Shown here: positions 8,780-18,161 of the stretch, one piece after another
Layout of the letters: every line of letters starts with the position of its first letter
Numbering within the stretch: position 1 is the stretch's first letter
NCBI GenBank assembly: GCA_020633675.1
Contig: JACKDE010000003.1
Coordinates: forward strand, 459,633-523,632
Direction: 5' to 3'
DNA length: 64,000 bases
From: Deferribacteres bacterium
Lineage (GTDB): Bacteria > Zhuqueibacterota > Zhuqueibacteria > Zhuqueibacterales > Geothermadaptataceae
Notes under the pieces: model-generated
Told to the model about the DNA's origin: nothing
The model's input: only the letters and a program-made list of their open reading frames with translations
Database searches by the model: none
Translations under genes and position numbers: made by a program

Positions 8780-9892
8780 TTATTGTGATTGTTCTTTTAT
8801 CAGTTGGTTTACTTGGACAAACCGGAAGCCCTGCTCACTCAGCACCGGCATCACTTTGTGCAAAACAGCCAATGTATTTGGCCGCGGGTGGCCAATAGCG
8901 ATGGCATGGCCATTTTTTGCCGCAACATCTGCCAATGCAAACATTTTTTTCTCGATTTCTTCGACTTCATCGACCGGATCAAGGAACAAATCATTCTCAA
9001 GCGCCGGCACATGCCGTTTTCGCGCCATCGCATAAGCGATGGATTCGGTGGAAGTACGGCTATCGATGAAGAAGTAATCGTCCTTGCGCAATGCTTTGAA
9101 TGCGGCATCCAGCAGCAGGCTATCTGTTGTGGCTTTGGAGCCCATATGATTGTTGATACCCTTGGCGAACGGTACAGCCTTCACGGCTTTTTCGATGCGC
9201 TTGCTGATTTCTTTTGGTTCATATTTGGTCAGCAAGGTAAATTCGCCATCTTCCACCGGGCCTTGTTGTGGCTCCATCGGAATGTGAATCATCACAGCCT
9301 TGTCCATTTTGCCCAGCAACTCGGCAATTTCTACCGAATACGATAGGCCCGGAATAATCGAATAGGTAATCTCGAAAGGCAAATCGATAAGTGCCTGCAC
9401 AGTCTCGTTGCGATGGTAGCCAAAATCATCGATAATGATGGCAATTTCCGCGTTGGTGCGGTGCAAGGTGGTATCCGGAATGAACCAGATGTTGCGAAGT
9501 TGCTCATTTTCAAGGGTAAAGGCAAGCGACATTTTACCGGTTGATTCGGCTTTGCCTTGTTCAATTTTTCCACCTTTTTCAGCAATCACACGCGACAATT
9601 TTTGATAAATGAGCAGGGGGTGCATTTCAGCCGGCAGCCGGACATTGAGCGTTTTGCCTTGCTGCGATATCCAGCTTGACGAAATGCCATAGCTGTTGAG
9701 TGTGGCTTTCACGTCGATTGCGGGAACCGTGACTTTACGAGTGCCATTGCGCGAGGCGAGACTCGGCAAACCCACTTCGAGCACGTAGCCCGTCACCACA
9801 AGAATCGACAGAAAGATAGCGAGGGTCGAAACCAGCCGTGAAAAGAAACTTTTGCGAGGTGGCGTTTTTTTACGTGTTCTTTTCTTTGTCAT
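8780..9892 (-). CDS. Divergent polysaccharide deacetylase (YibQ-like) with an N-terminal membrane anchor
   Basis: IAIIIDDFGYH motif, later HIPMEPQ and INNHMGS blocks, and an N-terminal TM (LVSTLAIFLSILVVTGYV). The ORF track starts at a GTG at 9937 that overlaps the upstream gene. I prefer ATG 9892 (MTKKRTRKK), but the start is uncertain. Confidence 0.7.
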   Translation of the reverse strand: MTKKRTRKKTPPRKSFFSRLVSTLAIFLSILVVTGYVLEVGLPSLASRNGTRKVTVPAIDVKATLNSYGISSSWISQQGKTLNVRLPAEMHPLLIYQKLSRVIAEKGGKIEQGKAESTGKMSLAFTLENEQLRNIWFIPDTTLHRTNAEIAIIIDDFGYHRNETVQALIDLPFEITYSIIPGLSYSVEIAELLGKMDKAVMIHIPMEPQQGPVEDGEFTLLTKYEPKEISKRIEKAVKAVPFAKGINNHMGSKATTDSLLLDAAFKALRKDDYFFIDSRTSTESIAYAMARKRHVPALENDLFLDPVDEVEEIEKKMFALADVAAKNGHAIAIGHPRPNTLAVLHKVMPVLSEQGFRFVQVNQLIKEQSQ

Positions 9893-9903
9893 AAAATTGA
9901 TAT

Positions 9904-10515
9904 TTAGTTTCCGTAAACAGCCTTTAGCGTACTCCACGTCGGCTCATCGCCGACAGCCACATCTTCCCACCGGTAGATTGCCCAATCGCCAAAAGAGTCG
10001 ACGCCCATATTAAAGCGTGCCTGGCCGGCAACCACGGCCGGGACGCCTTTATCTTGTTGTGTGTGCTTGACGGTCAGAGTGTAATTTTCGACGAACAGGG
10101 CGGAATCAGCAAACTGTGTGGATTGCACAACTTGCAGATTTAATATATGCAGCGAATCTGGAGGAATAAGTGCCCGGAGTTGGCTGAAGTAACTTTTTTC
10201 GTTATCCTTTGTCCAGCGCTCGAACAAACCCGGATTTTCTGAAGCGACGCCGGCATCCGCAATGAACCGAAATCCTTGCGGCAAGCGGGTGGAATCTCCG
10301 AGGCAACGCAAATAGTTTTCCAGGTTTTGTTCCAAAATGGCATTGCGCAAGTTGATCAATACCACCTCCGGCGTTCTGGGTGGAATAAAGGACAGGCTCC
10401 CTTCACTCGGTGCTTCAGGTTCACGGGTCGCAAATGGATTGGTACATGCGCAAAGAAGCGCACATACAGCAATGGGGAACTTTATCAAATAGCGGCTTCG
10501 TTTGAGCCTGACCAT
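9904..10515 (-). CDS. Hypothetical lipoprotein
   Basis: Lipobox-like AVCALLCAC at the N-terminus. No family recognised. Long ORF co-directional with its neighbours. Confidence 0.5.
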   Translation of the reverse strand: MVRLKRSRYLIKFPIAVCALLCACTNPFATREPEAPSEGSLSFIPPRTPEVVLINLRNAILEQNLENYLRCLGDSTRLPQGFRFIADAGVASENPGLFERWTKDNEKSYFSQLRALIPPDSLHILNLQVVQSTQFADSALFVENYTLTVKHTQQDKGVPAVVAGQARFNMGVDSFGDWAIYRWEDVAVGDEPTWSTLKAVYGN

Positions 10516-10745
10516 AAAAGCGATACGATTTATTTTAACAGAAATTCAAAAAAGCACGGACTTGAAATTTTGGGCCGCATGCGGTCGAAGAGGTATGTTT
10601 TGAACACCATTCAATATCTCTACAATCCTGTTTCGACTGCATTTTCTACAAAGACCACAACCTTCCATCACGTTCGAATTAACTGTTAATATATCGTATT
10701 CTCAATACGTTAGCAAGGAAAAACGGGCATGTGCAACAATCGCTC

Positions 10746-12776
10746 TTAGCGCATGTAGATCATTTTGCGAACAGCAGTAAATGACCCGGCTTGCATTTTG
10801 GTAAAATAAACTCCTGATGCCACAGCTTTACCGTTGCCGTCCATGCCACCCCAGTGTTCCTCATAGCTGCCTGTTGCAAGCTCCTGATCCAGCAGAGTGG
10901 TGACTTGCTGGCCATCGATTGTGTAAATTTCCAGCGTGACATGCGCTTTGTGGGGTACGGAAAAAGGAATGACGGTGCCGGCGTTGAACGGATTCGGATA
11001 ATTTTGCTGCAACTCAAAATGCTCCGGAACACCACTTTCCGTTTCGGTTGCTACCGCAGAAGCCACTGTAAAATCATCGAGACTACGTGGCATGAGCTGA
11101 TAGCCACTATTGTATGGCGCTGTACCATCGAACTGCGTTACAATACCGGTGATATTGACGACACCTTGCAGGGCTGCCGTGCCGGCTATATCCGTGTCGC
11201 CATCGATGCGCATGACACAGGAACCGGAGCCATCATCGATGGAAAGATTGGCATTGGCGCCTGTTGGTGGAAATCGTCCAGTGATGGTCGCTCCGACAAT
11301 GGTCACCAGTTGTCCTTCGAATTGTTCGCCATCCTGGGCGAGCTGGCCTGTGGAGGCTTGCAGGGGCGCCGGGAACGGCTTAAGCCCGAGACGCGTGACC
11401 GAGTATGGGATGATTTGGGATAGGCCATTAAAAGTGTTGATCGTGCCGGTCACCTCGAATTCGAATGCGAACGCTGGAATGACTTTGCCGACAAAAAGCG
11501 AACCAAAGACGGCAATACCGCCTGTATCATCTTGAATATAGCCGGGACCGCTGCTGCCGAACTGTGGCCCGGCAGTGGCTACACCGCGGACCGTCACATT
11601 GGTTTCGCCGAGCCTGCGCGGCAAGCCATTTGCGATATTCTCATGCAAATCTGCGATCGCAACCGCCTCGACCTCTGGAGCTGTGTACTGACCAGGCGAA
11701 TTGATCCATATAGGGCTGGACCAGAGAAAATCACCATCTTCCTGCACTAATTTGACGAAATAATAGCTTTCGCCAAAACTTGCAGAGTCGCTCGTGTCCC
11801 AGGTAAAATCGGTGCTGCGTGGCTCGAAACGCCGGATAAGCAGGCCATTTTTATACAATTGTGCCGATAGAAATGGGCTTTCGGCGTGGGCCGAGACAGT
11901 GAATTTCACGGCATTGTCATCGTTCTCAAACTGCTCGCCCATCCAGTGGTCATCTGCTGTAAATTCAGTCAGATACATGCGATCACTGGCAGGACTGGCT
12001 TCGAATGCAAAGGTTCTATGATTCTGATAGGCTTCTAAAATGTGTGTTTTGGTCAGGCTATCTGCCAAGATACCGGTCAGGTAAATATCGCCGGCCGTGG
12101 AGATGTTGTCGCCGTAGCGGCTGGCATGGTTGTCCTGATCGCCGACGGCACCGAGATGCCAGCCATTTTTAAGCGCCAATAGATAATAATACTCATAATC
12201 TGAGGAGCGTCGGCCATTGATGACCTCCAACGCTTTGATTTGCAAATCGACCGGCTGAAAATACGCCAGATCATTGAAATTGCTGTTACCATTCTCGGTC
12301 GTCGGATGGTTGAATTGCGCCAACAATTCATTGTCAATTAAAAACTGATAAGCAGACTGCAAATTATAGCGGGTATCGTTATCGCTGATATTGTCGGCAC
12401 GCATCAACGGTTCAAAAATGTTCATATGGCCATAGCCCGAGCTGCCGAGGCTGCCCAGCTCCTGCCCAGCGATCGCAACGAATTGGCTGTCCTGATTGTC
12501 ATACAACTGCGAAGCCGCCCGCACTAACTGATAGTTGCTTTCGGACAGGCCATTGGTGTGATCCGTGATCGCCATAAAATCGATTTTCGCGACATTTTTC
12601 GCATATGCATAGGCTGCGGCAGGGGTTTTCGCACCGGATTGCGCATCCCATGAAAAGATAGAATGCTGGTGCAGATCACCAAAATAGACCTGATAATTTT
12701 GTGCGTTCACCGTCGCTGCCAGAGCAAGGCTGACAATGATGATGAACTTACGAGCAGCTAACTGAGCTAATTTCAT
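10746..12776 (-). CDS. Secreted PHP-domain metallophosphoesterase-like protein with a T9SS C-terminal sorting domain
   Basis: Signal peptide ending VNAQ. PHP-type motifs YFGDLHQHS and MAITDHTNG. The central region looks like beta-sandwich/OB-like domains (not resolved). The last 90 aa (10746-11018), FELQQNYPNPFNAGTV...GVYF...RKMIYMR, form a T9SS type-A CTD. Confidence 0.7.
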   Translation of the reverse strand: MKLAQLAARKFIIIVSLALAATVNAQNYQVYFGDLHQHSIFSWDAQSGAKTPAAAYAYAKNVAKIDFMAITDHTNGLSESNYQLVRAASQLYDNQDSQFVAIAGQELGSLGSSGYGHMNIFEPLMRADNISDNDTRYNLQSAYQFLIDNELLAQFNHPTTENGNSNFNDLAYFQPVDLQIKALEVINGRRSSDYEYYYLLALKNGWHLGAVGDQDNHASRYGDNISTAGDIYLTGILADSLTKTHILEAYQNHRTFAFEASPASDRMYLTEFTADDHWMGEQFENDDNAVKFTVSAHAESPFLSAQLYKNGLLIRRFEPRSTDFTWDTSDSASFGESYYFVKLVQEDGDFLWSSPIWINSPGQYTAPEVEAVAIADLHENIANGLPRRLGETNVTVRGVATAGPQFGSSGPGYIQDDTGGIAVFGSLFVGKVIPAFAFEFEVTGTINTFNGLSQIIPYSVTRLGLKPFPAPLQASTGQLAQDGEQFEGQLVTIVGATITGRFPPTGANANLSIDDGSGSCVMRIDGDTDIAGTAALQGVVNITGIVTQFDGTAPYNSGYQLMPRSLDDFTVASAVATETESGVPEHFELQQNYPNPFNAGTVIPFSVPHKAHVTLEIYTIDGQQVTTLLDQELATGSYEEHWGGMDGNGKAVASGVYFTKMQAGSFTAVRKMIYMR

Positions 12777-12842
12777 GAAGAAATCTCTCCAATATCATTT
12801 GAGAATTCTACGCAACCATTTTCTAATGCATTTCGACGATAA

Positions 12843-14174
12843 TCAATCGAGCATTTTTTCAATCACGGTGCGGCCCTCTGTGGCTTCCTGCAGGCCAAAG
12901 AGGGCACCGATAGTTGCAAACAAATCGGTGGATTGCAGATAGCCGATATTTCCATTCGCCGCAATGCCAGGGCCGGCCGCGATGAAACCTGCCAGCATCT
13001 CCGGTTTGTTCGGCAAATAGCCGTGGGTGGATTTGCTTGATGCGGGGATTGTCAATTCGCCTTGCGAGCTACTGCCAAACGCATAGCCAGGTTTTGCCTC
13101 AAACATGACCTCGGCATTCGGATCCCCTCCCAAGGAATCGATTTGCGCGCGGTAAAATACAGACTCGATGCCCTGATGCCGTGCAAGGCTATCCGCAATG
13201 TTCAACACAGCAGCGCGGGCGTTGGCATCGCTTGTATCTCGCAGAATGATAGAGCAAGCCCCACCAGCAGGTACGATCATCGCACGCCAATTGGTTGAAT
13301 TGGATGCTGGCTCAAGTAAACCGGCCTCGGCAAGCAAAACACCGGGATTGATTTGCCAGGAAATATCCGCGTGGCCGTGATCGGAAACGATCATAAAAAT
13401 TGTGCGCTCAAAAATGCCGGCATCGCGCGCCGCCTGAACAATGCGGCCGATCTGTTTGTCCTGCATTTCAGCCGTCGCATTGGCTTCCGGGGAAAACTTG
13501 CCATGCAAATGCTGCAAATAGTCAAAATGCGAATAATGCAACAGCAGCAGATTAGGGCGGTATTTTTTAAGCAGATAAATGGCAGCATCGGTTTTAACGG
13601 TATCGCTCTCAAAGTACTTCTCGAGTGGCGCGCCGATATAGGCACGCAGACTATCAATCAAGCCGGGTGTTGAGACCTGCAATTGTTTTTGCAGACGCAC
13701 TGCATCGTTGCCCTTGTCAGCATCCCACCACACTTCCGGAATCAGCCAGTCAATCGGCTCTTCAACCGTTACCGGCCAAAAGACCGCAGCACTGGAAAGT
13801 CCGTTGCGTCTAAATATTCGCCAAATCGGTGTGCTTTGATAGAAATTGCCAGAGACGACAGGCCTGCGTTCACCATCAAAATAGTAGCTGTTTGCATAAA
13901 TGCCATGCTCTTTCGGCAAAACGCCGGTTGCCATCGATGCGTGCGCAGGGTAGGTTAACGAAGGATAGACCGACTGCATGCCGTCGCTATAAACGCCGCG
14001 CGACATGAGCTCGCGCAAATTCGGCAGCGCCAGACCATGCTTTTCTGCTTCGAGGTAATATGCCGGCGGCAGCCCGTCCATGGAAATGATGACAAGATGC
14101 TGCTTGTCCGCAGGATGTTTTTCGCAAGATAGCAACGGCAACAACATGAAAATCAGTATGCTGATGCCCAACAT
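12843..14174 (-). CDS. Alkaline-phosphatase superfamily nucleotide pyrophosphatase/phosphodiesterase (NPP-like) lipoprotein
   Basis: Lipobox LLPLLSC. Motifs ISMDGL, SLTYPAHASMATG (Thr nucleophile context) and VSDHGH. Confidence 0.8.
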   Translation of the reverse strand: MLGISILIFMLLPLLSCEKHPADKQHLVIISMDGLPPAYYLEAEKHGLALPNLRELMSRGVYSDGMQSVYPSLTYPAHASMATGVLPKEHGIYANSYYFDGERRPVVSGNFYQSTPIWRIFRRNGLSSAAVFWPVTVEEPIDWLIPEVWWDADKGNDAVRLQKQLQVSTPGLIDSLRAYIGAPLEKYFESDTVKTDAAIYLLKKYRPNLLLLHYSHFDYLQHLHGKFSPEANATAEMQDKQIGRIVQAARDAGIFERTIFMIVSDHGHADISWQINPGVLLAEAGLLEPASNSTNWRAMIVPAGGACSIILRDTSDANARAAVLNIADSLARHQGIESVFYRAQIDSLGGDPNAEVMFEAKPGYAFGSSSQGELTIPASSKSTHGYLPNKPEMLAGFIAAGPGIAANGNIGYLQSTDLFATIGALFGLQEATEGRTVIEKMLD

Positions 14175-14232
14175 GCGTCGCCAGCCATTCCCTTGTTCGG
14201 CAAAAATGAATTGAGTTGAATGTAAAAAAAAA

Positions 14233-15669
14233 CTAATCAGTTGACATCACCACAGATTTGGTTTCCATGTAATAATCGAGCGCTTCATCGCCGTGCTCCT
14301 TGCCGAGGCCGCTTTGTTTTGCTCCGCCAAATGGCATTTCATCGAAAATGGTTTGAGCCGAATTCACCCAGGTATACCCGGCTTCGAGACGCTCTGCCGC
14401 TTCGTTGGCGCGTTTGAGGTCACGCGTCCAAATTGAAGAGCCGAGACCATATATCGAGTTGTTGGCTTTTTCCAGTGCTTCTTCAAAATCGCGCACACGG
14501 ATAATCGGCAGTGCCGGCCCGAACACCTCTTCGGTCAGCATGCGCGAAGACGCATCAACATCGGTAACCAACGTCGGCAAATAAAAGTGCCCCTTGGCGT
14601 ATTCCGCGCCATCCGGGCGGCTACCACCGATCAGTACTCGCGCCCCCTTGTCGACGGCGTCCTGTACCTGCGACTCAACTTCATCCCGCTGGTTGGCCGA
14701 ATGCAGCGGGCCGATAATCGTACCCGGCGTCAGGCCGTTGCCAATACGGAGTTTCTTGACTTTTTCAACCAGCTTTTCGATGAAGTCATCGGCAATGCTG
14801 TCGAAAAGGTACAATCGCTTGATCGCCAAACATGCCTGTCCGCAGTTAAAAAAGCGCCCGACCGAGGCTGCGCTTACGGCACGATCGATGTCAGCATCAT
14901 CACAAACAATCATCGGATCGCTGCCGCCGAGCTCGAGTGTAACTCGTTTGACCGTGTCTGCAGCGAGGCGCATAACCTGCTTGCCGACAGGTGTTGAGCC
15001 GGTAAATCCCACCTTGGCTACCTGAGGGTGCAATACGATTTCCTCGCCGACTTCATTGCCTGTGCCCGGCACACAATTGAGCACACCTTTGGGCAAACCA
15101 GCGTGCTGGAATAGCTCGATACATTTTGTGGCCGTCACCGGCGTGGTGTTGGCAGGCTTGACCACAAACGTGTTGCCGGCCAGCAGTCCCGGCGCGATTT
15201 TATTCCCCATCAGCGCCACAGGAAAATTCCATGGTACAATCGCACCACACACACCAAGCGGTTTTTTGATAATCATACCGTATTTGTTTTTATCGAGCAG
15301 CGGTACATAGCCCCCTCTTACGCTTTTCGCCAGGCCGGCATAATGTTCGATCGTATGAACAAAGCGCCGGATTTCCAGCATGCCCTCCCGCATTGGCTTG
15401 CCTTGCTCTTTCACCAGCGATGTTGCAAGCTCCTTCTCATTTTCCTTGATCAAATGAGCGGCTTTAAAGAGTATTTCGCCACGCTGCGAAAAGGGCATCC
15501 TGGACCAGGATGCAAATGCCTCGCGCGCGACTTCCACAGCCATACGCACGTCATCTTTTGTGCTCATCACAACCTGTTCCACCACCTCGCCTGTTGCGGG
15601 ATTGCATATATTATCGATATGGGTAGATTTCGATTGGATATATTCACCATTGATAAACATGTTGATCAT
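14233..15669 (-). CDS. NAD(P)-dependent aldehyde dehydrogenase family protein
   Basis: FINGEYI...NPATGEVV, ELGGSDP and catalytic FNCGQAC motifs. I place the start at ATG 15669 (MINMFINGEY), which has GGAGG 8 nt upstream. The track ORF extends to 15798. Confidence 0.85.
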   Translation of the reverse strand: MINMFINGEYIQSKSTHIDNICNPATGEVVEQVVMSTKDDVRMAVEVAREAFASWSRMPFSQRGEILFKAAHLIKENEKELATSLVKEQGKPMREGMLEIRRFVHTIEHYAGLAKSVRGGYVPLLDKNKYGMIIKKPLGVCGAIVPWNFPVALMGNKIAPGLLAGNTFVVKPANTTPVTATKCIELFQHAGLPKGVLNCVPGTGNEVGEEIVLHPQVAKVGFTGSTPVGKQVMRLAADTVKRVTLELGGSDPMIVCDDADIDRAVSAASVGRFFNCGQACLAIKRLYLFDSIADDFIEKLVEKVKKLRIGNGLTPGTIIGPLHSANQRDEVESQVQDAVDKGARVLIGGSRPDGAEYAKGHFYLPTLVTDVDASSRMLTEEVFGPALPIIRVRDFEEALEKANNSIYGLGSSIWTRDLKRANEAAERLEAGYTWVNSAQTIFDEMPFGGAKQSGLGKEHGDEALDYYMETKSVVMSTD

Positions 15670-15871
15670 TGCGGAATAGCCTCCAAATTCGGCAGTGGAA
15701 ATCGTGACTCTAAGTGTTGCTGTGAAAGCCTGGGCTTTTTGGGTGTGTAATTTAAGAAACAAACGACGAAACCCAAGCATTTTCTGGCAAGGTGCCACTG
15801 TTGCTCGCAGGCAAAAAAAAGCCCAATCACTTCATATTGAAACGATTGGGCGCATGGATCGAGTTGCAATT

Positions 15872-16885
15872 TTAATTGGCATGAGCCTTGGCTTCGACAC
15901 GCACACCGCTGCTTTCAAGTGCTTTCATCGCTCTTTCGTAAGCAGCCATTGCAGAGTCCACTTTGACTTCGCGCATGTATTTCATGGCTTCGAGCTGTTT
16001 TAACGACAGCAGTGCCTTAACGTTCGCACGTTCAGCATCCTTCATCTCGGCTTTGCGCTGCATCATCTGTTCAAGCGAGATCAATTCCATTCGGACGCGC
16101 CGCATTTCGCGTGCGACTTCCTGCTGCAAATCTTTCTCCCAATGCACCATTTTGCCCTTTTCAAGCTGTTCAATTTCCATACTCAGATTTCGGATTGCTT
16201 CGCGTTTCAGGCGCATTTTAACAGTCGGGTCGATGGCGATCTTCAAGCCGTTATCGTTGCGAAAGCGCAAATATCTGCTCAGCTCCTTTGCATCATCGCC
16301 GCTGCTTCTGGCTATCGACCGCTGCAATTTCTCGTTAAACTCGCACATCGATTTCAGGCGCTCTCCTACCTCAACAAGTTGGTCGGGGCGAACAGGTCTC
16401 GGTACGGGTGGCATTACATGCACAACAGGAACGTTCGGTATCTCCGGAATAGCAATATCCGGGATATCGGCATTCGCGATGACGGCAGTATCCGGCATCG
16501 TATACACTTTGAACTCATAGTCGTATTTGGCAGAATCGTTTTTAAATTCAATTTGGGGAATTTCGTTCAAGTACAAAATGGCTTGTACCTGATCTGGATT
16601 GAGCTTGGCATTGCTCTGACTCAAGTTCAAAATATTCGCAGCAACTGTCTCAACCTTTTCTGGTGCAACTTGCTGATCGCGGACGTCATTGCTAAACTTT
16701 GCGTACATTTCCTTGATCGCGCCGCGATCTTTTTCGTTTGGCACCATCGCCAGCAATTTGTCGCCAAGTAGGTCAAGCGAGTAACCTAAAACGTCTTCTT
16801 TATAATTATTGTAAAGCCAAATGCCGCCGGTCACCACCACCAGCAACACGACGTACACCCCGATATCTTTTATCATTTGACGCAT
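15872..16885 (-). CDS. Hypothetical membrane-anchored coiled-coil protein
   Basis: One N-terminal TM ([16 protein letters not shown]), a Pro-rich linker and a charged heptad-like C-terminal half (EIEQLEKGK...[22 protein letters not shown]). GAGGAG RBS. No family recognised. Confidence 0.5.
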
Positions 16886-16965
16886 GACGACAACTCCTCA
16901 CAGTAAAAACATCCTGATCTGTATCAAGTAAGACGTTTTGAATCCGCATTTGGTTTATCACTTTT

Positions 16966-18063
16966 TTAAAATCGCAACTCGGTACCAATGCTTACTTCAA
17001 ATCCACTCAGATCCGTTTCGTTCAGCAAGCTGCCCGAATAAAGCATCAATCGCACGGGAATTGTTAAAAGCCGCGAAACTGCAATCTCCGGCATTATCCC
17101 AAGTCCTAAAAGCTTTGCCCCCGAGAAGGGCGAACTGGTTTCTTCGAAAAAGCGTCCTTCCGCCAGGATACGGAAATGCAGATTTCGCCGGAAACGCATG
17201 CGATAGTGCGCCATAAACTCGAATTGATTCGGGGTGGTCTTTTCGCTCTCTTCAACCAAAGCGCCGGCCTGCACCAGCTGATTTTTGGCTCGAGAGCGAT
17301 AGCTGGCAAAAAACCATAATTCATTGAAGTCAAAAAATTTGCGAAATTGCAGATTAAAAGTCAGTTTATTGCCAGAGTTAAAAATCTCAAAACCAGCGAT
17401 TTTATCGGCGCGGTAGCTGGAAAAGGTCAAATCCGTGCTGAGCGTGGCTGTTGGTGTAAGGCGGAAATCCATGCCAGCGGTAGCAAGCATTTCATCTCCG
17501 GGCTCGTACTCGCCCGGGAAAACTGCCAGCGGCTTGAAGGCATTGCGGCGTTGGTAGGTGGCGCCGAGCCCGGCCACCACATTATCGCTCAGCGGAATGG
17601 CCCAGGTGATTCCGGGCGCAAAGCCAAAACCCTCGCCAAAATTCGGCACACGAAAGCGAAACACAGAGTAACTGATCAGACTGGAGCTGATAAACTCATC
17701 AACTGTCAGCTCCTTTTTACCACTCGGCAAATTAATACCCAAGCTCAAAAACAGATTGGCTTTCTCGATGTGATAGGTGAGCATCAATTGCGTATCGGTG
17801 AAACTGCCTATGCCCGGAACGTCGTCGCCCGAGACATTGGCACGGTTGGCGTGCAGCGAAAGATTGAAATTGTAGCCGAAGGGCAAATAGAGAAAAACCG
17901 GTGTGCTGATTTCATCCACGCTGCGATTATCTGCGATATCCCAGGTTTGGTAATAAGACGACAGGCTGAAGATGCGAGTTTGCTGCACATCCTGCAGCGA
18001 CTCCTGCGCCCATATTGATGCGAAACTGCTAATAATCAAAATGATTATGAGGAACACCCTCAT
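16966..18063 (-). CDS. Putative outer-membrane beta-barrel protein
   Basis: Signal peptide (IISSFASIWAQ), alternating amphipathic strands throughout, and a C-terminal ...TELRF ending in Phe, as is typical of OMPs. AGGAGA RBS. Confidence 0.5.
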   Translation of the reverse strand: MRVFLIIILIISSFASIWAQESLQDVQQTRIFSLSSYYQTWDIADNRSVDEISTPVFLYLPFGYNFNLSLHANRANVSGDDVPGIGSFTDTQLMLTYHIEKANLFLSLGINLPSGKKELTVDEFISSSLISYSVFRFRVPNFGEGFGFAPGITWAIPLSDNVVAGLGATYQRRNAFKPLAVFPGEYEPGDEMLATAGMDFRLTPTATLSTDLTFSSYRADKIAGFEIFNSGNKLTFNLQFRKFFDFNELWFFASYRSRAKNQLVQAGALVEESEKTTPNQFEFMAHYRMRFRRNLHFRILAEGRFFEETSSPFSGAKLLGLGIMPEIAVSRLLTIPVRLMLYSGSLLNETDLSGFEVSIGTELRF

Positions 18064-18161
18064 GGCTTCTCCTGCTCTCTTGTTGAATCAACCGCCTGGA
18101 ATAGCTGGCTTGTTTGTTTGCATTCCATTTTTTCCATCATTCAAAAAGGAAACCTTTGAAC

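Noticed and set aside
14224-14232. Homopolymer runs (A9 at 14224-14232; A8/T8 runs at ~7491, ~15815 and ~33783) considered as phase-variation slip sites
   Set aside because: The runs are short and either intergenic or within ordinary Lys-rich codons (KK). There is no associated frameshifted ORF pair or nearby recombinase, so there is insufficient evidence.
16966-18063. Idea that the OM barrel downstream of the giant cargo is a PorP/SprF-type T9SS partner
   Set aside because: PorP/SprF partners accompany type-B CTD cargo as I recall, and this cargo has a type-A CTD (NYPNPFN...). The barrel's N-terminus does not resemble what I remember of PorP/SprF. I kept it as a generic OM barrel.
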